From: Candidatus Woesearchaeota archaeon
GTDB taxonomy: Archaea > Nanobdellota > Nanobdellia > SCGC-AAA011-G17 > JACPIM01
Assembly (NCBI GenBank): GCA_016188045.1
Contig: JACPIM010000002.1
Span: 17,198 to 81,197 of the forward strand
DNA: 64,000 nt
Reading direction: 5' to 3'
Shown: one piece after another, positions 18,197 to 26,575 of the stretch
Layout of the letters: every line of letters begins with the position of its first letter
How positions within the stretch are numbered: the first letter of the stretch is position 1
Made by a program: the position numbers and the translations under genes
Notes under the pieces: model-generated
Databases searched by the model: none
Told to the model about the DNA's origin: nothing
Seen by the model: only the letters and a program-made list of their open reading frames with translations

Positions 18197-19998
18197 AAAA
18201 GTCAATACTAGATAGGATTTTGGATTTATTGTTTGATAAAGATAAGACTAAAATTTTACTCATATTGGCTTTAATTTTGGCTTTTTTATTAAGACTATGG
18301 GCTGCAGCAACAACACAACCATTTGCAGATGACTTAGTCTATGGCACTCATGCAATCAACTGGCTATCATCTGGTGCTACTAGCAACCAAAATCAAAGTC
18401 CGTTGTGGTTTGCATTAGCAGATATATTCTATAGAATATTCGGAGTTTCATTAATTTCCGGCAGGCTAACTTCAATAATCTTCGGTTCTTTAACAGTACT
18501 AATCACATTCCTAATAGCCAACTTAATTTTTAATAAAAAAGTAGCAATAATATCATCATTCTTGTTAGCAATATCATCATTCCACATAAAACACCAAGTT
18601 ATGGAAATGGATATGACTTTTGCTTTTTTTACATTATTTGCGGCATATCTATTTTTAGAGAAACTAAAAAATGAAAATAAGATCTCACTTCTTGCTTTTC
18701 TATTTCTAGGATTAGCAATATTATCAAAATCAATACCAATAACTACCATACCGGGTTTTATTTTGGCCTTCGTGCTGTATTATTTGTATAAAAAAGAAGA
18801 TAGAAAACAATTATTAAATAATCAAAACAAGAAGAACATTTTGTTAGGCTTAATAATATTATTTGTATTACTGCTTCCTTTAATTAGTTATAATTATTTA
18901 TTGTATAAAGAAAAAGGTTTGATAGATGTAATGTTCGCAAGATTTTTTGATGTTGGTATGGAAAACTTTGCTTCAATACAGGAAACTTTGCCGTCTTTTT
19001 CATTTGAAAGATTTTTTGAAGGATTAAAAACTACCATCTTTTATTTCTTTATAAAATTTGATTCAATAATATTTTTATTAGGGATAATAGGTTTTTTTAT
19101 TTCCTTTAGAAAAAAATATCCTTTTAATGTAATGTTTGTTTCAATATTCATCTTCACTTACATTTTTTTAACAGGTACTTCAGTTCTTTCAAATCATTAT
19201 GTATTCATGCCGCCAGTTTATGCCATCTTTGCTGCAATTCCTCTCTCATGGCTAACAAAAAAGATAAAATTAAAATATTTTTTGTCAATTATGGTATTGC
19301 TTATACTATTAATAAACCTCTACACAATTTCAGATTCAATTTTTAGCAAATCTCCAACAGGGCAATTAAGAAAATTTGCAAATTCCGAGATAGATGGTAA
19401 TTCTCTAGCAATAATGGATTCTAGAATATATATTGGATTAACTTCTTGGACTATGAATGACAAACATTACATAGATGCATCCTTATTGCCAACAATAATT
19501 GAAGAAACCAAGAAGTTAAACACAAAAGAAGAGCAAATAAACATCTTTTTTATTGAATGCGCGCCAGATAATTGCGGCGGTGTCAATGTAAATAAAAATT
19601 TAAATGAATCTATGGAGAATTTAATTTCGCAGTTTGGTAATCCGCTTAAGGTAATCTATGGTGGCGGAGGAGATGGAGATTCTGCAATACCTTATTTTAA
19701 GATTTATCAGGCAACCTTATCACAAAAACCCCAAATATTGAACTTTGTAGACCAAACACATATGTTTTTTTTCTATCCAGTAAGATGGGCTTTAAAAGAT
19801 CAGATCTATGATAGTTATACTCCTAAAGGCGTAATAGATAATTCAATAGACTTAACAGCACATTTAATACTATATTTGACTATTATGCTCTCCTTATTCT
19901 CGCCTATGTTTTTAACATATAAGGTATACGAAACATTTAAAAAATCCAATCAAAGTGAAAGCACTAATGAAGACAACAGTAATAATTCCGGTTTTTAA
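18193..19998 (+). CDS. GT-C membrane glycosyltransferase (ArnT/PMT, GT39/GT83-like)
   Basis: 601 aa with about 11 N-terminal TM helices, an acidic FADDLVYG motif in the first loop and a C-terminal soluble domain. No WWDYG motif, so it is not called AglB. Confidence 0.6.
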   Translation: MKKSILDRILDLLFDKDKTKILLILALILAFLLRLWAAATTQPFADDLVYGTHAINWLSSGATSNQNQSPLWFALADIFYRIFGVSLISGRLTSIIFGSLTVLITFLIANLIFNKKVAIISSFLLAISSFHIKHQVMEMDMTFAFFTLFAAYLFLEKLKNENKISLLAFLFLGLAILSKSIPITTIPGFILAFVLYYLYKKEDRKQLLNNQNKKNILLGLIILFVLLLPLISYNYLLYKEKGLIDVMFARFFDVGMENFASIQETLPSFSFERFFEGLKTTIFYFFIKFDSIIFLLGIIGFFISFRKKYPFNVMFVSIFIFTYIFLTGTSVLSNHYVFMPPVYAIFAAIPLSWLTKKIKLKYFLSIMVLLILLINLYTISDSIFSKSPTGQLRKFANSEIDGNSLAIMDSRIYIGLTSWTMNDKHYIDASLLPTIIEETKKLNTKEEQINIFFIECAPDNCGGVNVNKNLNESMENLISQFGNPLKVIYGGGGDGDSAIPYFKIYQATLSQKPQILNFVDQTHMFFFYPVRWALKDQIYDSYTPKGVIDNSIDLTAHLILYLTIMLSLFSPMFLTYKVYETFKKSNQSESTNEDNSNNSGF

Positions 19999-20650
19999 TG
20001 AAGAGAAAACAATTAAACAAATTTTAACTAAGGTTTTGGCTTCAAAAATAGAAAAAGACATAATTGTGGTCGATGATTGTTCAACAGATAGGTCTAGAAA
20101 GATTCTTAAGAAATATGCAGATGAGAATATCATAACTTTATTATTGCACGATAAAAATCAAGGAAAAGGAGCGGCAATTAGAACAGGTTTAAAGGGAGCA
20201 GATAGCGACATAATCCTAATACAGGATGCTGATTTGGAATATGATCCAGAAGATTATCCAAAACTTATAAAACCAATTTTAGAAGAAAAAACACATGTAG
20301 TTTATGGAACAAGAATGCATTCTCTATCAAATAGAGATATGCATACTTTGCACTTTTTTGGAAATAAGCTGCTAACTTTCACTACCAATTTGTTGTTTGG
20401 TTCTAAAATATCAGATATGGAAACCTGTTATAAGGTGTTTAGGTCAGACGTAATCAAAGATATGAAACTAAGGGCAAGAAGATTTGATTTTGAGCCAGAA
20501 ATAACAGCAAAAATATTAAAAAAAGGGTATAATATACATGAGATTCCAATAAAATTTACACCCAGATCATTTAAAGAAGGAAAAAAAATAACTTGGAGAG
20601 ATGGCGTAAAAGCAACTTATTATCTTTTCAAATATAGGTTTGTAAATTAA
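19955..20650 (+). CDS. GT2 glycosyltransferase (dolichol-phosphate mannosyltransferase-like, soluble)
   Basis: VIIPVFNEEKTI, VDDCSTDRS and IQDADLEYDPED motifs. Confidence 0.8.
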   Translation: MKALMKTTVIIPVFNEEKTIKQILTKVLASKIEKDIIVVDDCSTDRSRKILKKYADENIITLLLHDKNQGKGAAIRTGLKGADSDIILIQDADLEYDPEDYPKLIKPILEEKTHVVYGTRMHSLSNRDMHTLHFFGNKLLTFTTNLLFGSKISDMETCYKVFRSDVIKDMKLRARRFDFEPEITAKILKKGYNIHEIPIKFTPRSFKEGKKITWRDGVKATYYLFKYRFVN

Positions 20651-21322
20651 ATGGATAAATGGACAGGATTAAGCAGAACAGCAGAAAGCATAAGAAATCC
20701 AAAAATAACTAGCAATATCTATCTTCATTTTTCTACTCTATCAGAAGATATTAAGAAGTATTCTCATCTGGCATCAGGAATTTTATTGGATATTGGCTCT
20801 GGTACCTCACCATATAAGCCTTTTTTTCACCATGTAAAAAAATATATCACTTTGGATTTTTTTTATAATAAGCAAAAACCAGATATAATCGCAGATGCTT
20901 TAAAATTGCCGATTAAAAGTGATTCAATAAGTACAGTTTTATGTACTCAAGTACTAGAACATATACCTTATCCGCAGATATTAGTTGATGAAATATATAG
21001 AATTCTAAAAAAAGACGGTATTTGTATATTAACAACACATATGGCAACTCCTTTGCACGGCCTGCCTCATGATTACTTCAGATTTACAAATATGGGCTTA
21101 AAAAATGTGATATTTAAAAATTTTAGAGAGGCATTTATTAAAGAAAACGGCGGTTCTTTGTTGGCAATATTTCAATATATAAACTGGTCCGTAAGTTCAA
21201 GATTACCAAGATTTTTATCTTTGCCATTAATAATTTTAATTAACTTAATGATAAAACCACTAGATAAATTATTCCACGATACCAATCTTACAATAAATTA
21301 TATAGTTGTAGCAAAAAAATAA
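20651..21322 (+). CDS. class I SAM-dependent methyltransferase
   Basis: LLDIGSGTSPY (motif I) and LCTQVLEHIPYP. Confidence 0.7.
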   Translation: MDKWTGLSRTAESIRNPKITSNIYLHFSTLSEDIKKYSHLASGILLDIGSGTSPYKPFFHHVKKYITLDFFYNKQKPDIIADALKLPIKSDSISTVLCTQVLEHIPYPQILVDEIYRILKKDGICILTTHMATPLHGLPHDYFRFTNMGLKNVIFKNFREAFIKENGGSLLAIFQYINWSVSSRLPRFLSLPLIILINLMIKPLDKLFHDTNLTINYIVVAKK

Positions 21323-21355
21323 TATTATCTATTTTAAAGTAGTAACAAAATAGAA

Positions 21356-21370
21356 ATATTTATAAATAAG
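21356..21370 (+). promoter_or_regulatory. archaeal TATA-box-like element (atatttataaataag) about 27 nt upstream of the ATG, implying a leaderless transcript
   Basis: AT-rich TATA-like octamer centred about 26-27 nt before ATG 21389. A similar arrangement (aactatataaacaaa) lies ahead of ATG 14276. Confidence 0.35.
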
Positions 21371-21388
21371 CTAACTATACGAAAATTC

Positions 21389-22129
21389 ATGGAAACTCAG
21401 ACTAAAAAATATGAACCAAGAATCATTAGGGGAAGAATAGAATTATGGGTTCCCCATCAATATGGAGAAATAGCCTTTGCTCCATTAACAAATCTGGGTG
21501 ATTATCAACAGATCAGAACAGAAATTCTTGGTGATAGTGAAAGAGAAACTAACCAAAGGCTTCCAACAGGAGACGAAACTGCCTCTCAAATTCATGTTGC
21601 TTACTGTACTCCAAAGCCAGAAATTAAAAATGCGCAGGAATATAAAACAATTAGAGATATAATTAGAACAAATCGGATTCATGTTTTTAACAGAATTGGC
21701 TGGACTTTTGCAGGAAAGTATGTTCTACAAGATACAACAGCAAACGCCACAAGTGAACGATTAGATATAGATATGCTTAATGAAATGCTTAAAAACGGAA
21801 CAGAAATTAATGGTGTTAAATTCAGCACAGATGGAAGAGTTAGATTTGCTCCAAGAGAAACTTATAAATTAGGCAAACATACGCCAGAGTCATTATCATT
21901 AGACGGAGGTGTTATTGCTGAATATGGTATAGACGGTGCGAGAAAGCTTGCAGAAGTTTCTAAAAATTTTAGATATAATACAGTTACTTATGGAATTGAA
22001 GTTAAAAAAAGAAAGGATTTAGAGCAAAGAGTGTCCGCGTTTATTGGCGACGTCGGCAACTGGCTTTTTCTTAACGGCGGCTACCATGGTGACAGCGTGG
22101 GCGGTTGTGCTTCCGGGGTATGGAAGTAG
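21389..22129 (+). CDS. hypothetical protein, candidate DGR variable (target) protein with the VR at its extreme C-terminus
   Basis: 246 aa with no recognised domain and visibly GC-richer than its neighbours. The last 29 codons (..VSAFIGDVGNWLFLNGGYHGDSVGGCASGVWK*) are the variable copy of a repeat whose template copy lies 330 nt downstream. Confidence 0.5.
   Translation: METQTKKYEPRIIRGRIELWVPHQYGEIAFAPLTNLGDYQQIRTEILGDSERETNQRLPTGDETASQIHVAYCTPKPEIKNAQEYKTIRDIIRTNRIHVFNRIGWTFAGKYVLQDTTANATSERLDIDMLNEMLKNGTEINGVKFSTDGRVRFAPRETYKLGKHTPESLSLDGGVIAEYGIDGARKLAEVSKNFRYNTVTYGIEVKKRKDLEQRVSAFIGDVGNWLFLNGGYHGDSVGGCASGVWK
22032..22117 (+). repeat. DGR-like variable repeat (VR), in-frame at the 3' end of CDS 21389..22129
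   Basis: An 86-nt copy of 22359..22444 with 20 mismatches, 16 of them at positions that are adenine in the downstream copy. The 3' 14 nt (ggttgtgcttccgg) are identical in both copies. Confidence 0.6.
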
Positions 22130-22358
22130 TGGCGAAGCCACCGAAAATTTTTTAGTAAATTTTATTAACAAGTAGTCTTATTATTTTTTCTGTCTTAGTG
22201 AAGCATAAATCTTATAATTCCAATTTGGAAAGGTTTTTGTTTTACTAGGGCTGCATGTCAATTTACTAGTGCATGGACGATTGAGTCTAAATGCCATGAA
22301 ATTCAGAAATTCCTTACGAGGGATTTTGGTGATTAATCGGTAAATTGGCTACACAATT

Positions 22359-22444
22359 GGTCCGCGCTTAATGACGACAACGGCAACAGGCTTAACCTTA
22401 ACGGCAACTACCATGATAACAACAGGAACGGTTGTGCTTCCGGA
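22359..22444 (+). repeat. DGR-like template repeat (TR), AAC-codon rich, non-coding
   Basis: In the VR reading frame it reads ..DDNGNRLNLNGNYHDNNRNGCASG, with 7 AAC codons in 19. Every AAC except two is replaced in the VR by G/T changes at the A positions. No ORF of the VR frame continues through it. Confidence 0.55.
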
Positions 22445-22515
22445 ATAGCTCTATTCACTAAGACATTATATTTAATATGGAAGCTAATAAATTTTATTCT
22501 TGTTGGTTTCTATTT

Positions 22516-23115
22516 TTATCTAATTTTTAATAAAGCAATATTCCAAACACCAGAAGGTTTAAATTTGATAATCTTTCCATATTTCACACATAAATCCATA
22601 AATTCTTTTTTTGTCCAGTTATTAACATGTCCTGGAGTATTTCCAAATTTTTTCAAGTATTTTAATCTTAAAACATTGGCTATTCTAAACCAGGGTTCAT
22701 TAGGTACAGATAATAACAAATATTTTTTACTTAACTTGCTCATAATCTCAATTGCTTTTTCATAATTCTCTAAATGTTCTAATACTTCTAGGCTCATCAC
22801 CAAATCAAAACTTTTATCTTTAAAATAATCTAATTTGAATATATCCCTAGTACCATACTCTATATTTTCCAGTTTATTATTAGAGATAGCATATTTAATT
22901 GCGTCCTTTTCTTTATCGATCCCAACTATTTTGGCCTTTATTTTTTTAGCTACTTCTATCGTAACAAATCCCTCACCGCACCCAATATCAAGTACGGATT
23001 TAGGATTAACAAGCGAAATACTTTCTATGATATCATTGTTAAACTTCTTAAGTATTAATTTCATTAAAGGATTCTTATTAATATGCTTTTTCTGCACTTG
23101 CCAGGTTTGTTCCAT
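22516..23115 (-). CDS. class I SAM-dependent methyltransferase
   Basis: VLDIGCGEGFV (motif I) and LVMSLEVLEHL. Confidence 0.7.
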   Translation of the reverse strand: MEQTWQVQKKHINKNPLMKLILKKFNNDIIESISLVNPKSVLDIGCGEGFVTIEVAKKIKAKIVGIDKEKDAIKYAISNNKLENIEYGTRDIFKLDYFKDKSFDLVMSLEVLEHLENYEKAIEIMSKLSKKYLLLSVPNEPWFRIANVLRLKYLKKFGNTPGHVNNWTKKEFMDLCVKYGKIIKFKPSGVWNIALLKIR

Positions 23116-23170
23116 TCAAAATAGCCCAGGTAGAAAAGATTTAAAAGATTAACTGTTATTCTAAGCAAAA

Positions 23171-24118
23171 ATGAAGCTTTCCTTTTTAATACCAGCCCAC
23201 AATGAAGAAAAAATAATAGCCAAGACCCTGTCTAGTCTGATAAACTTGCCTTATGATAATTATGAAGTATTGATTGGGTTGGATGGTTGTACTGATAACA
23301 CCTTAAATATCGTGAAAGAATTTCAAAAAAAATCAAAAAAAATCAAATATTTTGAATTAAAATCTAGAAACGGCAAACCAGAAGTAATAGATACAATTGT
23401 TAAAAAAGCCACGGGAGATATACTAATCATAAACGATGCAGATTGGAAATTTAAAGTTAACAAAAGTGAAGATCTGAAAAAAATGATTTTATTGTTTAAT
23501 GATCCAAAACTGGGCGGCATTTCTGAGTCTTTTCCTATAGAATTTGATCAAGAGTTATTATCATCAAGCAACTCACTTGCTTTTAAAAGTGCAGCCTTTG
23601 CCAATTCATTTTGGTTTGATTACCAGAGGGAAAAATTCACAAAAGAAAAAAATAATTTGCTTTATATTGATAAAGAAAAAATGATGTTTCCTTTTTTGAT
23701 TAATATATTCAGAAAAGAATTATATAAAAAAAATATCACGCTAGGAGATGATTTCGAAAGAACATTAGACATTTTAAATAATGATTATGAGATTATGGTT
23801 CCTAAAGATATTAATATGCCAAGAATGGTTGCTTTATTTGATAAAACCACCTTTAAGGATATTTATAAACAAAAAGTTAGAACTTCTTTAGCCAGAGAGC
23901 AATTACACTCTAAATACAAGCTAAAAGCAAACTTATTCAACTTCTATTTACCTCTGCTGTTTTATACAATTAGAAGTATAAAAAAAACAAAGAGCCTAAA
24001 AATTACTTTTGGTGTTTTTATATGGCTTTTTATCGTTTTTTTATCATCTATTCATAATAAGTTTTTTAAAAGAAAGAAAGATACAAAATCTGGTTGGCTA
24101 ATGAGGGCAAATAGATAA
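23171..24118 (+). CDS. GT2 glycosyltransferase with C-terminal TM helix
   Basis: LSFLIPAHNEEKII, GLDGCTDNT and IINDADW motifs, plus a C-terminal hydrophobic helix. Confidence 0.7.
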   Translation: MKLSFLIPAHNEEKIIAKTLSSLINLPYDNYEVLIGLDGCTDNTLNIVKEFQKKSKKIKYFELKSRNGKPEVIDTIVKKATGDILIINDADWKFKVNKSEDLKKMILLFNDPKLGGISESFPIEFDQELLSSSNSLAFKSAAFANSFWFDYQREKFTKEKNNLLYIDKEKMMFPFLINIFRKELYKKNITLGDDFERTLDILNNDYEIMVPKDINMPRMVALFDKTTFKDIYKQKVRTSLAREQLHSKYKLKANLFNFYLPLLFYTIRSIKKTKSLKITFGVFIWLFIVFLSSIHNKFFKRKKDTKSGWLMRANR

Positions 24119-24121
24119 GGG

Positions 24122-24373
24122 TCATTTATCAATTTCTCTCAAAAAAGCAAGTAAGCATTTTTCAGAACAAAAAGCCCTGTTGATCTTGTCAGTATAATAT
24201 GTAATCTTGTTTTTCCTTTTTATTTTATTACCACAAATATAGCAAAAATCTAATAAATCTCTAGTCAAACATTCATTATTGCAATATGATCTAGTCTCCC
24301 TAAGCCTCCAAATTTTAATCCTATTTTTAGGATATTTTCCGCATACCTTGCAAAATTCTTGTTTTGGAATCAT
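24122..24373 (-). CDS. small zinc-ribbon protein (two C-x2-C ... C-x3-C units)
   Basis: 83 aa with CKVCG..CNNEC and CYICG..CSEKC. Stop overlaps the start of the HprK-like gene by 4 nt. Confidence 0.4.
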   Translation of the reverse strand: MIPKQEFCKVCGKYPKNRIKIWRLRETRSYCNNECLTRDLLDFCYICGNKIKRKNKITYYTDKINRAFCSEKCLLAFLREIDK

Positions 24374-25407
24374 TGTAATAACCCCCGTATCTTTTCATAA
24401 ACCTTTTCAGGATTTATATGCCTTGGTATATAAAGTTTATAGGTTTCGGCTTCTGAAAAGCAGTCTAGCATAATTTTACCATCTTTTTCCACTCTCTTTT
24501 CTATTTTATCAACTATACCGTTATCATAAGCATATTCAAAATAATTTCTGTAAAAATGATTTGCTTCATTTAACCAAATGTATTTCATTTTGGTTACAAT
24601 TTCACTAGCCTTTATCTTTTCTAAGAATATTTCACCATTTTTATTATTATTTTCTAATAAAAAAACCCGATTTATCTTGCTTATTTTTCCTAATCTTCCA
24701 GGAAACATATCCTCAACGTCAACAGAAAAAACAGGCTTAAATCTCTCAACAGCAATTTTAACAAATCTGTGTCTTAGAATAAAAGCCAAAATATCCATAA
24801 GTCTTATTAAGTTTCTGTAATAAAACCTTTTAAAACCTAGGGCCTTTTTTGCAAGCTTCTTATCTTTTAGATTATAGTCATAAATATGAAAAGTCTTAAA
24901 AAAAGGATAAGCTTTTTTATTGCCTACGATCAACCAGTCATCTGCTAGGTAGTTATAACCTCTGCTTATTAAATGCGTGGCTAAAGAAGTTTTTCCAACT
25001 CCTGATTTGGCAGGAAATAAATAGGCATTTCCATCTTTTTCTACAGCACCACAATGCAAAAAACATTTATCCTCCCATTCTATCAATGGTTCTATAGTAT
25101 ACAACAACCAGTCACCCCAAACACCATTTTCAAAATAAACAGTATTGCCATTAAAAGGAATTGATATGCCCTTATTATCCTTTGGCAGAGTAATCGGCAA
25201 TTTTTTATTTGATTTTTTTATATAAAGATCAATTTTGCCAGGTTTCTCTTTTTTTAAAAACCGGTTATATTCCCTAAAAAAAGCACTATTAACTTCATTA
25301 TCTACGGCAATCACAAAACCATGTATATCATAATACGAATATGCTCTATTTCTATCTATGTCGCTAGAAATTTCATCCAAATTATCATAATATTTCATAT
25401 TAATCAC
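24370..25407 (-). CDS. HPr kinase/phosphorylase C-terminal-domain-like P-loop kinase
   Basis: HCGAVEKDGNAYLFPAKSGVGKTSLATHLISRGYNYLADDWLIV aligns with the HprK kinase core (H..G.G.L.G.SG.GKSE.A..L..RGH.L.ADD). 345 aa with a long N-terminal extension. Confidence 0.6.
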   Translation of the reverse strand: MINMKYYDNLDEISSDIDRNRAYSYYDIHGFVIAVDNEVNSAFFREYNRFLKKEKPGKIDLYIKKSNKKLPITLPKDNKGISIPFNGNTVYFENGVWGDWLLYTIEPLIEWEDKCFLHCGAVEKDGNAYLFPAKSGVGKTSLATHLISRGYNYLADDWLIVGNKKAYPFFKTFHIYDYNLKDKKLAKKALGFKRFYYRNLIRLMDILAFILRHRFVKIAVERFKPVFSVDVEDMFPGRLGKISKINRVFLLENNNKNGEIFLEKIKASEIVTKMKYIWLNEANHFYRNYFEYAYDNGIVDKIEKRVEKDGKIMLDCFSEAETYKLYIPRHINPEKVYEKIRGLLQ

Positions 25408-26519
25408 TTTTTAAAATTATCATAAATCTCAATAAATTTTTCAGTCAAATTCTCCCAATCATAATTTTCCTTTATAGTTTTAATACAATTATTTGAAATT
25501 AGATCTAAATCCTCTTTTTCAGCTATTCTTAACGTATTTATAATATCTTCTGGCTTGTTATTTTCCATCAAAAAACCAGTTACTCCCTGTTTTATAACAC
25601 TGCCTGACTCTCCAACATCGGTTGTTATAGGTATGCACCCGCAAGCCATAGATTCCAGTAATGATATTGGTAACCCTTCAAATTCTGAAGGCATAACATG
25701 AAATCTCACTTTGTTAAACAAGACCGCTATCTCTTCTTGATTTTTAATCCCCAGATATTCTATATTTTTTTTATTCTTTATTATTTCTAATATCTTTTCT
25801 TTTAAATCGCCATCACCAACTAATATTAATTTTTTATCTCCTAAATGCTCCATTGCATTAACTAAATTTAGAATTCCTTTCTGCTCTGTAAATCTTCCAA
25901 CAAAAATTAAATCTTCAGATCTTTTTAGTTTTTTATCATGAAACATATTAGTATTTATCCCATTTGGAATAATAAAGCAGTTTTTATTATAATTTTTATA
26001 ATAATCAAAAGCATTTTTACCTAAACATATTACCGCTCTGCACTTTTTTACATTATATTTTTCTATAAATTCATATAAGAATGAAAATCTGCTTATAGTT
26101 TTTTTATTTTTTAATTCCCATATTTTTCTAAAACCTTGTTTAAAGATACCATGAACTGTTGCAACAAAAGGAATATTAAATAAAGAACATGGTAGTGATG
26201 TGGTAATCAAGCTTTGTGTATTCACTATATCCGGTTTTATTTTTTTTAACTTTATTCCAGCACCAGTAACAAAAAATATTTCAAAAATTATTCTGTATAA
26301 ATAAGATAATAAACTTCCTTTAAATTTTCTATGGCTTAATCCAACATTTACCACATCAATACCACCAGGATAATCTAACATCTTTTCTTTGCTTTTAGAG
26401 GATATAACATATACTTGATATCCTTTTTTAATCAAGTGACTAGCTAAATTGTCAATATGTGTTTTTCCGCCACCTATAAAATAAGGATACGGCATTATTT
26501 CCAAAAAAACGATTTTCAT
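25404..26519 (-). CDS. GT4 glycosyltransferase (GT-B fold)
   Basis: C-terminal EGLPISLLESMACGCIPI (E-x7-E) motif with GT-B architecture. Confidence 0.8.
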   Translation of the reverse strand: MKIVFLEIMPYPYFIGGGKTHIDNLASHLIKKGYQVYVISSKSKEKMLDYPGGIDVVNVGLSHRKFKGSLLSYLYRIIFEIFFVTGAGIKLKKIKPDIVNTQSLITTSLPCSLFNIPFVATVHGIFKQGFRKIWELKNKKTISRFSFLYEFIEKYNVKKCRAVICLGKNAFDYYKNYNKNCFIIPNGINTNMFHDKKLKRSEDLIFVGRFTEQKGILNLVNAMEHLGDKKLILVGDGDLKEKILEIIKNKKNIEYLGIKNQEEIAVLFNKVRFHVMPSEFEGLPISLLESMACGCIPITTDVGESGSVIKQGVTGFLMENNKPEDIINTLRIAEKEDLDLISNNCIKTIKENYDWENLTEKFIEIYDNFKK

Positions 26520-26575
26520 ACCTAAAAAGCACTAGAAAAAGCCTTTTAAACCTTTTCTCATAGCATTTTCTTTTG

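Noticed and set aside
21389-22129. The 246-aa protein being itself a reverse transcriptase or Avd-like accessory protein
   Set aside because: No RT motifs (no YxDD, no fingers/palm signatures) and no four-helix-bundle Avd-like small basic protein nearby. It is treated as the variable target protein only.
22371-22448. Small ORF starting at ATG 22371 (MTTTATGLTLTATTMITTGTVVLPE) inside the template repeat
   Set aside because: It is in a different frame from the VR homology and is Thr-rich simply because of the AAC/ACN repeat content. Template repeats of DGRs are non-coding, so it is not called as a gene.
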